From assembly GCA_977017645.1 (NCBI GenBank), contig OZ360236.1:24118001-24182000 (forward strand): a DNA stretch of 64,000 bases, read 5' to 3'. The position numbers and the translations under genes are program-made. Of this stretch, positions 52,760 through 64,000 are shown one piece after another. The notes below the pieces were generated by a model, which ran no database searches, was not told the origin of the DNA, and was given only the letters and a program-made list of their open reading frames with translations. The first letter of the stretch is position 1. Every line of letters begins with the position of its first letter. Source of the DNA: Torpedo marmorata (Eukaryota).

Positions 52760-53310
52760 TATGATGTTGGTTTTATACTAAAATGGTAAGAATTCAGAAA
52801 TGAGGTAATGCTTTACTACACAGGGGATGGTCAGGCCACATCCAGAGTATGCAATTCAGGCCTATGTACTAAATCTCGGAAAACGTTTACAACTTCATCA
52901 GAATCAGGCTTCAAGAGTTAAATTATAAGGACAAGTCGTGTAATGTTGGCTTACATCCTACTGAAGTTAAAGGTGGAGTGGTGATCCAATCAAGTTGTCT
53001 AAAATGATAAAGCAATTTGATTGGATGGCTACAGGAAAACTCCTTCCTCCACCAGGGCAAACCACAAACCAGATGTCATCATCTTAAAACTAGAGTGAGG
53101 TGGGGGATCTGGAAGCATTTTATCACATAAAGTGTGGACAATTCTGGCACTTGCTCCCCAAGAGGCTGGAACAATTATAACTTTCAAGACAGGGACTGGC
53201 TAAACATTATTATAAATTATATATTGTTAGAAATTGGATAGTAGTCACAAGGCTGGATAGTTGAAGGGGAGCAACAATACAGGTGAAAAGTGAAACAGGT
53301 TCAAGAGGCA
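52760..53310 (+). mobile_element. Highly degenerate CR1 fragment
   Basis: ggtcaggccacatccagagtat and other CR1 C-terminal remnants. Confidence 0.55.
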
Positions 53311-53679
53311 AAATGTCCCCTTGCAAACCCAAAGAAAAGAACAGTCGAGCTTCAAAATAGTAACTTGGTGAAAAGGGGTTAACTGTTCAATCCCTTCTAA
53401 TCTACTGACATATTCTGGAAAGTGAGAGCATTCTCCATTCATGGGAGAACCAATGCCTCAACTCCTGGACTGGTTTGAGACACTGGAACCCAAAAACTAA
53501 AGGAGAAAATGAATGACTGAGTAATTATCAAATTATCTAAAATGAAATTGAGTCCCCTGTTTACTTGTTTTAACTGCACGAGGCCCTACCAGGTTCAGCT
53601 ACTTTACACTCCCAATATTCTCCAATGCCTTGAATGGCCATCCTTCTTATCCTAACTGCTTATTCTGAACTATCAACTT

Positions 53680-53925
53680 GGGGCAGCACGGTTAGCGTAG
53701 TGGTTAGCGCAACGCTATTACAAACGCCAGTGACCCGGGTTTGAATCCGGCGCTGTCTGTAAGGAGTTTGTAAGTTCTCCACGTATCTATGTGGGTTTCC
53801 TCCGGTTGCTCCAGTTTCTTCCCCCCCTTCACAACGTAGAGGGTTTATAGGTTAATTATGGAATTTTGGGGGCACAGGTTTGTGGCCCAGAAGGGCCTGT
53901 TACTGTGCTGTATGTCTAAATTTAA
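53680..53925 (+). mobile_element. V-SINE, full length
   Basis: A-box-like tagcgtagtgg, B-box gggtttgaatcc, V-domain, tail gctgtatgtctaaattt. Confidence 0.9.
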
Positions 53926-54784
53926 TTTTAAATTTAATAGAAATTATGGGACTCAAATGTTGAATACCTAAATGTATTTTTTCTAATTTGTTGCATCTCA
54001 CTGGGATCAGTCCTCCAGAACCTATTATTCTTACAACATGTCTGTAAGCAGAAGCCTCTGGTAACTTGAATTCTGCTTTGCTGCACTCTGGTATTGAGAT
54101 GGGCAACGAAAGAATGGTGGTGCAGTATCACGACAGCTTGACAAAATAATGCATATGATTTAGGCAACACTTTGCAGCCAGCATACATGAGTCAATATCC
54201 TGGTAAACTATACTATTTAAATCCCCCCAAATAATTGCAGTCAGATTGGAGGAAAGGATTTTTATGTATAAGATTTCAAAGGAGTTAAGCAAATGCTTCC
54301 TGATGCCTTAATTGATGAGTGAGTAAGCCATTGAGGCAAGAAGAGTCCAACGAGTTATTCGATCTCACCTGGGCATTATAACTGATTCCAGCTGTCCCAG
54401 ATTAAAGAGAAAAATCAATAGGGTTTCATTATCCTAGAATCCCTACAGGAACCTTGCACGGTAAGGAAAGAACTGGGCGATTCTCTGAGCAGCCTGAATG
54501 AAGGCAGTGTCTTGGCTCACATTGAAATGCTGCCACTGGGCAGGGTACTAGAAAGCACCTGTGAATCAACAAATCAATGCTTCAATGAGAGAAAAGAAAA
54601 TTGGGCAGCAAAACAAAAGTAAAACCATGTCATTCTACTTACAGTAAATATTGGCATTGGAGGGGCAAATTTGCTTCATTGAGATTGTCTCGGATGTGGA
54701 GAGAGTGTACAATAGATGCACAGAAGTGACAGCCGTAATAAGGAGTTTTGTTTGTAAGGAGAAATGAACTCAACCCAGCAAGTT

Positions 54785-54900
54785 AAAGCATGATGCTGAA
54801 GAAACTCAGCAGGTCAAACAGTGTCAAATCTGATAGCAAAAATAAAGATGCGTAACCAACATTTCAGGCTTGAGCCCTTCATCAAGGTATGATGAAGGTG
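54785..54900 (-). mobile_element. PLE terminal fragment
   Basis: Family terminus; small ccttcatca/tgatgaagg hairpin at the truncation point. Confidence 0.75.
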
Positions 54901-56369
54901 TAGGTGATGGCTCAGGTAAAATTCTGACAACAACTGAGATATCTGTTGAGGTTCTACAAAGAAAACTTAACATTTTTTCAAGAGATCCTTGTCCTTGCAG
55001 AAGTTCAAATTCAAGAGACAGACCTCCACAACTTTAATTGCACACCAACACTTTGAACAGCTCGCTCTGGACGTGGAACAAGAACTGCAAATTTCTACGG
55101 AAGTGCAAACTTTGGCTCTGACACTCACAGTGCTCACAGGAGTTACAGGACTGTCAATTTGATGTACATCAGTTACAGTCACAGATTGGTCATCTGGTTT
55201 AAACAATGCAGAGCCTGGCTGCGCTAAAGAATTTGATGAACTTTTATTGCACATCTGTAGTAACCGAACTTGGCACTTTCTCAGAGGATTGCACATTGAC
55301 CTTCTGAATATAAATCAACTCTGAACATTGAATTTTTAGAGAGGAATTCTACAGTGATAATAAAACACAATTAGCATTTTGTTAGAATGCAGTTACACTG
55401 AAACGATCACTGTCAAGCAGAAGTGAAAGTATAATTTAAATGGCAAAACTAAACTGTTTGGGCCAGTGAAAGTCCTGTCGGAAAAAGAAACCTCATATTT
55501 TGAAAAGTTAAAGTGCATCAAATGGAGCAGACTTTTGCATGTGTGTGTAGAACCACAGACATTGAGCTCTCTCTCTTGGCCAGAGGACGTGGATTCGCAG
55601 CCAGACAGTATAACTTCACAGCTGCCAGTTGTAAGATTGGTAGCCACATTTTAACCACAGCATGAAACACCAACCCTGGAACACAAGACTCCCCTGAGTT
55701 ACTGACAATTTTTCATTTCAGAACATGATCACTGCCCTGAAGCCCTTTTAGTTATGGATGACTTGGTGGATGGTTCTGAATACTTTCTGCTTTGAGGGGG
55801 GAAATCGGGCATTGCACCAAAGTGATAACTTCCTCCTAAGAGTTTGTGCATGGCAGGTGATTGTTACAAACATAGTAGAGGTTTGATCACGAAGTGATGA
55901 TGTCTTGTTGCTGATCGTTAAAGGCACAAGCAGGTCAACTGGAGTACTTCAATCACTTTCATGAACGTGCTTTGTTTGCATTACTGGCATTCGAGATATT
56001 TTACAAACAACCCTGAACACACCTCCTTCGAAGTTCAAGGATTGTTTCTTTAATTATCATTTTGTTATGAAATCTCATTGAAAACAATATTGTTGATGCA
56101 TCGCTCGTAGGTAAAAATGTAAATTGTAACAATGGTTGTTTAAGAAAAGATCTTTGCAGAATATTGTTTTCACCCTAGAATTTTCACCATCCAAACTGTT
56201 TTCTTTAATGGTTCATTTCAACCTTTCTTCCGCAGCACCCTTCCCTCCAAAAACAGCATCCATTATCAACCCAAAAAAACAGAAGGCCATCATCAGCAAG
56301 TTCCCCGCAAGTTCCCCCGACATCCCGAGAAATGTCACTGCACTTCCATCACAGCACCAATAGCCTGAA

Positions 56370-57690
56370 TACATAAGAACATAAGAAAGTAGGAACAGGA
56401 GTAGGCCAACTGGCCCATCGAGCCTGCTCCGCCATTCAATAAGATCATGGCTGATCTGATCAATGACCTTCCTCCACCTACCTGCATTTTCCCCATATCC
56501 CCTAATTCCTTTTTTATGTAAAAATCTACCAACTGAACCTTAAATATGTTCAATGAAGCAGCCTCAACCGCTTTCCTGCGTAGAGAATTCCAAAAATTCA
56601 CCACTCTGGGAAAAACTGTGTTTCCTCATCTCTGTCCTAAATCTACTCCCCCGAATCTTGAGGCTGTGTCCCCTAGTTTTGGTCTCACCCGCCAGTGAAA
56701 AAAACCTTCCTACCTCTATCCTATCCATCCCCTTCATAATTCTATATGTTTCTATGAGATCTCCTCTCATTCTTCTGAACTCGAGCGAATATAATCCCAG
56801 ACGATTTAATCTTTCGTCATAAATCAACCCCTTCATCTCAGGGATCAACCTAGTAAACCTCCTCTGGACTGCCTCCAAGGCCAGTATATCCTTCCTCAAA
56901 TATGGAGACCAGAACTGCACACAGTACTCCAGGTGCGGTCTCACCAATACCTTGTACAGTTGCAACATTACCTCCTTGCTCCTGAATTCAATTCCTCTAG
57001 CGATGAAGGCCAACATTCCATTTGCCTTCTTAATAACCTGCTGCACCTGCAACCCAACTTTTTGCGATTCGTGCACAAGCACTCCCAAGTCCTTCTGCAC
57101 AACAGCATGCTGCAGCTTTTCACCATTTAAATAATACTCTGCTCTTTTATTTTTCTTGCCAAAGTGGATAACCTCGCACTTACTAACATTGTACTCCATC
57201 TGCCAGACCTTTGCCCACTCACCTAACTTAACTACCGTATATCCCTCTGCAGCCTCTCCACATCCTCATTACAATTTGCTCTTTCACTCAATTTAGTATC
57301 ATCCGCAAACTTGGCTACACCACATTTTGTCCCCTCCTCTAAATCATCAATGTAAATGATGAACAGTTGTGGGCCCAGCACCGACCCCTGCGGCACCCCA
57401 CTTACCACTGTCTGCCAATCAGAAAAACACCCATTTATCCCGACTCTCTGCCTCCTGTCAGACAACCAATCCTCAATCCATGCCAATATACTTCCCTGGA
57501 CTCCATTCACCTGTAACTTACTGATAAGTCTCTTGTGCGGCACCTTATCAAACGCTTTCTGGAATTCCAAATATACAACATCAACCTGTTCCCCTCTATC
57601 TACCGCACCCATTATGTCCTCAAAGAACTCTAACAAGTTTGTCAAACAAGATCTGCCCTTCCTAAACCCATGCTGCGTCTGCCTGATTGA
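56370..57690 (-). mobile_element. CR1 LINE, 5'-truncated RT
   Basis: ORFs 57232-57645 (FQKAFDKVPH, GVPQGSVLGP, KFADDTK) and 56564-57199; (TTCTTATG)n tail. Confidence 0.95.
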
Positions 57691-57704
57691 ATACGATTGG
57701 GATT

Positions 57705-57912
57705 GTCTGATCTCGGAAGCTAAGCAGGCACAGGATGGTCAATACTTGGAGGGGCGACCACCTAGGAACACTAGCTGCTGTAGGTTTCTGTGAGGGGCTC
57801 TAGACAATGTAGCGACCCTCTGTCTGCCTTACGGTAGACAAAAATTAAAGAATTTCATGTATGTTACATTCTAAATGTAGTATTACGTGACAATAATGGA
57901 ACCTTTACCATT
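57705..57912 (+). mobile_element. 5S rRNA-derived SINE-like element (SINE3 type)
   Basis: 57705-57787 matches the 3' two-thirds of 5S rRNA (gtctgatctcggaagctaagcagg..tacttgga.ggg.gacc.cct.ggaa..gctgtagg.tt), followed by a LINE-like tail. Confidence 0.8.
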
Positions 57913-57945
57913 ATGGATCAAAATTCTGAAACTCTCCCAGACTTC

Positions 57946-58540
57946 GGGGCAGCATGGCAGCCCAGCTAGCAGAGCTCCAGAAACCTGGGTTCCACCCTGT
58001 CCTTAGGTGCTGACCTTGGGTTTCCACATTCTCCTTGTTGCCGTGTGGGTTTTCTCTGGGTTTCCAGTTTCCTCCCACATTCCAAACATGGGTGGAGTGG
58101 TCGGTTAATTGGTCATGGTGAATTGTCCCTTGTACCACTTCAGGATTGCAGGGTGTCCACTTAGAACAGAGATGCGGAGGAATTTCTTCAGCCAGAGGCT
58201 GGTAAATCTGTGGAATTTGTTGCCACAGGCAGTTGTAGAGGCCAGGTCATTGGGTGTATTTAAGACAGAGATTGATAGGTTCTTGATTAGCCAGAGCATC
58301 AAAGGTTATGGGGAGAAGGCCGGGCAGTGTGGCTGAGTGGGAAAATGGATCAGTTCATGATTAAATGGTGGGGCAGACTCGATGGGCTGAATAGCCTATT
58401 TCTGCCCCTATGTCTTATGGTATGGAGTACCTGGGGGAGTTGATGGGAATGTAGGGAGAACAAAAAAAGTGAGTGTAGTGTAGTGTTCCTGTAAGGTGGA
58501 TGGTTAGCAGTCATCTCAGTGCTGTCAGCTCTATGAGTTC
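57946..58540 (+). mobile_element. Old V-SINE interrupted by a CR1 3' fragment (about 58135-58422)
   Basis: SINE head and V-domain, then RTEMRRNFFSQRLVNLWNLLP and CR1 tail, then SINE remainder. Confidence 0.75.
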
Positions 58541-58559
58541 AGTGGTTGAGGAAGGTCAC

Positions 58560-59600
58560 TCATCTCCTTCCTCCTGGGCAATGTCAGAGTCCATTTGCAA
58601 TTCCTCAGAATATGAGGCTTTCTCTGTCTGCATGCAGCAAGACAAAAATCTTTGGAACTTGAACAGATAAGTGGGGCCACTGATTCACTTACCCCCATTC
58701 CGTACAATAACCATCATCCCAACCACATGACCTGACCAATGTCCTGTGACCTGACCAATGTCCTATCCAATGACATGACCTTGGCATTCAATGGCACACC
58801 ATCACTGAGTCACCACAACAAGAACACTGTGAGGATCACCAGAGGATACTCAAATGAAACCAGCCAAATATAGAGTAACTAAATATAGTGGCTGCAAGGC
58901 TTGCAATGCTATTGTCAGTAACCCACCTCCTGACACGATCCACAAGCCACTCCATGCCCCATTGGATGTTGCTCAAACACTCAAGAAACGACATTTGTTG
59001 AGCCGTTTCCAACAGCACCTATCAAACTGGTGACCTTTAACTCCAAGAATGACAAAGGCAGCAGGGAGACTTGAACACCACCAGCTGATTGGTTCCCCTG
59101 CAGGTAACACAACATTCTGATATGTACATTGCTGCCCCTTCATCATTGCTAAATCTAAATCCTGCAACTCCCTACCCTCCCTCCCATTCACACTTCACCA
59201 CATTACTGCAGCAGAAGAGTTGCAGTGATTCACAACATATTAAAGGACCCATCCTGCCTGCTCACACACTCTCTCCCCCCCCCCTTCCCCGACACCTCTA
59301 TTGGGCAGAAGATACATCGGCTTGAAAACACAAAATTCAAGCAGTTTCCTTCCTGCTGTTATCGGACTCTTAAATGGACATCATTGGTAAAAGATGATGG
59401 CTTTACACTGTTTTAATTGTACTTTTCTTTATTCCCTGCACTTTGTCTTTGTAACACTACACCCTGCACTCTTAATGTAACTCTGCACTTTGGTTTTATT
59501 TTGCACGATCTTCCGTACTTAAGTATGGGTTGACTTGCATTGATAACATGTAAAACAAAGTTTTTCACTGTATCAATGGGCCACACGGTTATGATGGATT
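58560..59600 (+). mobile_element. Degenerate CR1/L2-like fragment followed by Rex1-type 3' fragment
   Basis: ILKDPS..HSL..GQKIHRL remnant (59225-59416) resembles the Rex1 C-terminus; the upstream part is CR1-like. Confidence 0.55.
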
Positions 59601-59944
59601 TCATAAACCTTCCATTACTCTGGGGAATGTGCGCTTGATTTACATGAATGCAGCAAAATCCCTGATCTAATGCCCAGGGATGTCTTGCTGCTGCACTCAT
59701 GTCTATTATCGACAACGACTGGGTGATGTGTTACCCATGTAATCACCGATTGCCATACTTAAACCTCAAGAGGAGTGCACAAACTCTGAAGTGCTGGAAC
59801 TGATGGCTCGCTTGAAACCTTTGTGCATGGAATGGCTCCACAAATCAGTCAGTGATGCTCACAGATCACTGGAGAACCCAGGCCCTTGCCACAGGTCTTC
59901 AGCTGGTTCTATTAGTTGAACGGCTACTTATTCAGCCATTGACC

Positions 59945-60690
59945 TGAGAGTCGTAGAGCTGCACAGCACGGAACAGGCCCTTCAGCCCAACTCACCCATG
60001 CTGACCGGGTTGGTATTCTGACCTCGTCCCATCTGCCTACATTTGGCCCGTAGCTTTTGAAACCCTTCCTATCCATATACAGTAAGTGTCCATATGTCTT
60101 TTCCATGTCCAAATTGTACTTGCGTCTTCTGGCAAGTCACTCCAGATACCATCTACCCTCTGAGGAAAAAAATGTGCCTTTTGGGTCCTTCTCCCTCTCA
60201 CCTTAAAGCTCTTTCTAGTTCTAGGATCATCTACCCTTGGAAAAAGTTTATAAGCATTCACTTAATCAATGCCTCCGTGATTTCATATACCTCTACTAGG
60301 TCACCCCTCAACCTCCAATGCTCCAGGGGATAAAGATGCAGGCAATCCAGACTTTTCCGATAACTCAAGCACTCAAGTCTCCATAACATCCTGGTGAATC
60401 TCTTCTGCACCTTTTCCAACTTAATAGCATTCTTTCGAATGTGGTCTCACCGATAACTTGTACCCCCATGATGTCCCCATTTTGAACTCAACGCCTTGCC
60501 CAATGAAGGCCAAACACCTCTTTCAACACCCTGTGCACCCCAGTCATCACTTATAAGAAACTATGCGCCTGCACTCCGAAGGGAGATTCTGCAATACTCT
60601 CCAGGCCCTAGCCCTACCATATCCTGTGTAAGTCCTACCGTGGTTTGTCTTACCAAAGTGCAAGACTTCACACTTCCACTGCAGAGGATG
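59945..60690 (-). mobile_element. Degenerate CR1 fragment
   Basis: KCEVLHFGKTN and FFPQRVDGIW motifs; CR1 tail. Confidence 0.8.
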
Positions 60691-60879
60691 AACAACCCAT
60701 CCCTTTTCTGAATGAATGCTGTTCAGAAATTTAAACAGAGACTCCACAACAGCAGGTTCACTTTTTTTTGTAATCATTTACTCTGGCGAGTTATCCACTC
60801 AGCGCCAGAGATGTTGATGAGCATTTAATTCAATCCTTTCCTTTCCACCTTCAAACTCCTTGAATGTCTCCATTACATT

Positions 60880-61916
60880 CGGGGAGCGGCACCGCAACGT
60901 TCCCACTTGCTCCAGGGGTGATGGGGAGAGAGCAAGTGGCCAACGGTTTCTGGAGCCTGCAGCCGTGGGTTGGTCTCAGGGACTGCGGCCAATGACCGCC
61001 GCCTGCTCCCTCGCCTCTCCGCGCTTTACCCTCCAGCTTCCACTCACCGCTTGACAGTTATCTGAACCAATATGTATATAAAAAATCCATGACAGCAAAT
61101 TTCGCATTATAACATCTTTCAATTGTCTTTTCTCTCTCCCTCTCCCTCCTCTCAAACCTGCAGCCGTGCCTTTAAAAATAAAATATCCGAACAACTTAAG
61201 GCGCTGGCTGAACTTTACTTCTATAAAACGTTTGCCTGATTTGGGTGACACTGCTGTTCTCATTCACCTGATTGCCAATGAGCGCTTGAGGAAAGCTCTC
61301 TGCAGACTTACACCGTGTGTTTCTGACGACGGTTTCATTGGGGGCGGTGGAAGGAGAAGCATTTTCCCTTTAAAAACCCCGGGACCTGGCTTTGCAATGA
61401 AAGATCAAACGTTTGGCTTCTGCAGTGCGCGTTGCCGGTGACCTATGTGCGCGTTGGGGAGCTGGAGAGGAGGAGAGGTGGTTGCACCCTCATTGGTAGC
61501 GCCGGGGAAGGGAAGGGAAGAGGAGGGGGAGGGAAGGCGTGTGAGGGCTGGGGCTTGTTCTAATGTCAACGAAACGCCCACTCGCACGGGTCCGCTAAGT
61601 TGTGGAGGTGGGCGATCGCTGGTGGCAATATAGACTCGGGGCCAGAGCCAATGGCTCATCAATCGCCCCCTGTTCCGCAGCCTCCCAAGTCTCTGCTCTG
61701 ACCCGGCGTGTGCGCTGTCGCTCCGCCGAGCCGCAAGCCTCCAGTTCCGCCCACACCTCTCCCCTTCTCAGCCGGTGCTCGCTCTTCACCACCCCACCCA
61801 CACCCCCCCCCCCCCCTCCAAGTCTCAGGCGCCCGACGAATTTTGCACCGTTTCCAGCTGAGAGGCGGATCCGACGGGGCACCGCTTCACCTGGACGTCC
61901 AAGCCAAGCCGTCAGC
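60880..61916 (+). promoter_or_regulatory. CpG-rich promoter / 5' UTR of the EMILIN3-like gene
   Basis: Marked rise in GC and CpG content; several CCAAT boxes (about 60989, 61067, 61275, 61648) upstream of the ATG. Confidence 0.65.
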
Positions 61917-62080
61917 ATGTCAGAGTCCTCCAGTGCCACCCTCTCCTGCCTTGTGCTGTTCACCCTCCTCGCCCTCATCGATGCCAAGGGTCATTTCTAC
62001 GCTCCGTACCGCTACAACCTCTTCACCTCAGGGAGCAGCCCGAGTCTGAAAGGGTCAGGGCGGAGCACCGGCCGGCATCG
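61917..62080 (+). CDS. EMILIN3: EMILIN-3-like, coding exon 1 (signal peptide)
   Basis: MSESSSATLSCLVLFTLLALIDAKG..YRYNLFT..GRH; hydrophobic signal peptide; gtgagt donor at 62081, phase 2. Confidence 0.82.
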
Positions 62081-62358
62081 GTGAGTTCCTTCGATTCTGC
62101 TGAAAGATCTACCAATTCTGAAACCCGAATCACTGAGCGTGCTTTGCAAAACTGAACGCGAAAGCAAATGGGACACTAACCAAGACATTGCCACGATTTT
62201 GCTTTTGCTGTCCTTTTCCGCATCTTCAGTCTTTAAATCTGATTCGAAAACAAAACTCGATAAGTTTGTACCTTTTTTCGTTAAGAAAAAGTCAGCTCGT
62301 TTTGTTTGTGTATATTGCATGAAAAATATAAACTCGTGATTTGGTTTTTTTTTTTAAG

Positions 62359-62484
62359 GAATTATTGCGCCTATGTTGTGAAAAAGAATGTCACTTGTAC
62401 GATGCAGGACGGAGCGGACACCTTTGTCAAAGCGGAATACCATCAGTGTGCTTGGGGACAACTCAAGTGTCCGGGAGTGGTCAT
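62359..62484 (+). CDS. EMILIN3: EMILIN-3-like, coding exon 2 (start of EMI domain)
   Basis: Poly-T/aag acceptor, phase-compatible; NYCAYVVKKNVTCTMQDGADTFVKAEYHQCAWGQLKCPGVV resembles EMILIN3 CAYVVHRNVTC..QEGAESYVKAEYRQC.WG..CPG; gtaagt donor at 62485. Further exons lie outside the window. Confidence 0.88.
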
Positions 62485-62786
62485 GTAAGTCCCCAGCGCC
62501 CGCGCTGCCCCGCACGACCAGCCGACAAACCGATGTGCAATCACACCGCCAGACTTGCATCGAGTCCAGTGGGTGCCCTGAGCTCAATCGGCTTCATCTG
62601 GAGATCTTGTCAAGACAGAATGCGCCGCACAGATTTATACTGACAGGACACTCCCTCCATCAAGAAATAAGGGGCACGTTTAATCCGAGGCAAAATTAAA
62701 AAAGCAGTGGGAGAAACGCATTTTGGTTGATATCAAGTGCCTAAAAATTCAAATTCATAACTGGTTTAAAAATACTACTAAATATA

Positions 62787-63125
62787 AAACTCACATTCCA
62801 CCTTAAGCAATCCCTATGCCATAAGTGCTCTGTGATTAGTAAGGGATTGCTTAAGGTGGTATGTGAGTGGGAAGGGAAGGTTGAGAACCACTGCTCTAGA
62901 CCCAATTGTTACTGAAATATTTTGCTTGAGAAAAATTGTCATTGGCCCATTTCCTTTGGAGTTATGAAACCGTGCACATAACGAGTCAATTAGGTACGAT
63001 TAAAACAGTGGTTTTCAAACTTTTCCTTCCCACTCACATACCACCTTAAGCAATCCCTTACTAATCACAGAGCACTTATGGCATAGGGTGGAATGTGAGT
63101 TTAGGGGGGCAGTTTGAAAACCAAT
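62787..63125. mobile_element. Paired hAT MITE arms (family of 26156-26316) around a 112-bp spacer
   Basis: ggttgagaaccactg ends at 62893; cagtggttttcaaac starts at 63006; further TIR-like gtttgaaaacca at 63112-63123. Confidence 0.8.
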
Positions 63126-63716
63126 AGATGCCGTTGTGGAGTGTTCCATAGAAGGTTGCATTGAGTTTATCTAATTTACATTCTAACATAATATTAGCTC
63201 TTCATATAGAAGCTGAGCTGTTTTAAAGCGGCCGAAATGTTTTTATTTTAATGCACTGGTGCAGACTTGGAGCACTGACTCCAAATAAAGGAGGTTGAGA
63301 TTTGGAACGGAGAAACTGCCTTGCAGATTTATCTTTGAGGGGGCGGGAGAAGATTTCTGAATGCTGGAGCTTTTGTACCCTCTAGTGGCCATCCAAGAAT
63401 CAGCAGTTCCATATCCATTCGCAGCAGATGTCAGAGGTGTATTTTTTTTGGAAAATGCCTTTTGACGGCTTTCGCGACATTGATGTGGATTTTTACCATC
63501 ATTACCTTGTTAAAATTTCACTTAAGTTAAATCGTAACGCCTTGCAGACTGAATTGAACAAAGACTGCAGTCAAGACTGAACTTTGAAAAAAATAACTAG
63601 TGTTAGAATCGTTTAAAGTCCACTAAGGTCGTAACAGCATTCTTTTGATTGAATAAGTTGCTTTTTAATGGTTTTCATTGGACGACAGAGAGATTATATA
63701 TTTTTAAAAAAAAGTT

Positions 63717-64000
63717 AAACAGGAAAGTGTGCAGACGCTTGGGGTTGCAGTGGAATCCACAAAAGTGCTGGAGAAACTCAGCCGGTCACGCAACATTCTG
63801 TAGGAAGTGAAGGGTAACCAACGTTTCTGTGCGGGGACAGGGGGAGAAGGTCGGGCTAACAGGGGAGAGGACAGAGGTGGGACGGTGGAAGACAAAAATG
63901 CTGAGAAGTGATAGGGAAGGGAGTCGCTGTGAATGGCGAGGAGAGGGACTTGGGGAGCGGTTTAACGGAAGCTGGAGAAGTTAATTTTAATGCCGTCTGG
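63717..64000 (-). mobile_element. PLE 3' fragment (runs off window)
   Basis: gtgcagacg..aaagtgctggagaaactcagc..aacgtttc..purine-rich tract..ttaatgccgtctgg, as in other PLE copies. Confidence 0.75.

Noticed and set aside
53680-53760. tRNA gene
   Set aside because: tRNA-like head of a multi-copy V-SINE, not a full cloverleaf.
54967-55296. 109-aa minus-strand ORF in unique DNA
   Set aside because: No recognisable homology or clear splice context; may be chance.
57705-57787. Functional 5S rRNA gene
   Set aside because: Lacks the 5' third, is diverged, and continues into a LINE-like tail.
61602-61916. In-frame N-terminal extension of the EMILIN3-like ORF (160-aa ORF call)
   Set aside because: Starts at GTG in a GC-rich promoter/UTR; the signal peptide begins at ATG 61917.

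Overview
Eukaryotic, repeat-dense vertebrate DNA. The repeat repertoire (V-SINEs, Deu-domain SINEs, shark-type CR1, Penelope-derived elements) suggests a cartilaginous fish; this is inference. About 61 kb of intergenic sequence is filled with nested retroelements: Rex1/Babar-type LINEs (one with an unbroken 512-aa RT frame), CR1 and L1 fragments, Penelope-like elements (PLE) with GIY-YIG remnants and hammerhead-ribozyme motifs, tRNA- and 5S-derived SINEs and two solo LTRs. It also holds DNA-transposon MITEs (hAT, Tc1/mariner, possibly Harbinger). The only recognisable host gene is the 5' end of an EMILIN3-like gene on the + strand (CpG/CCAAT promoter, signal-peptide exon 61917-62080, first EMI-domain exon 62359-62484). 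Most notable: (i) many minimal hammerhead motifs in PLE termini; (ii) asymmetric fold-back PLE insertions with long TSDs, one with a reiterated 30-bp unit at its turning point; (iii) a 5S rRNA-headed SINE-like element with a Rex1-type tail; (iv) a hAT MITE built from two inverted SINE tails. Repeat boundaries are by eye and approximate unless a TSD is quoted.
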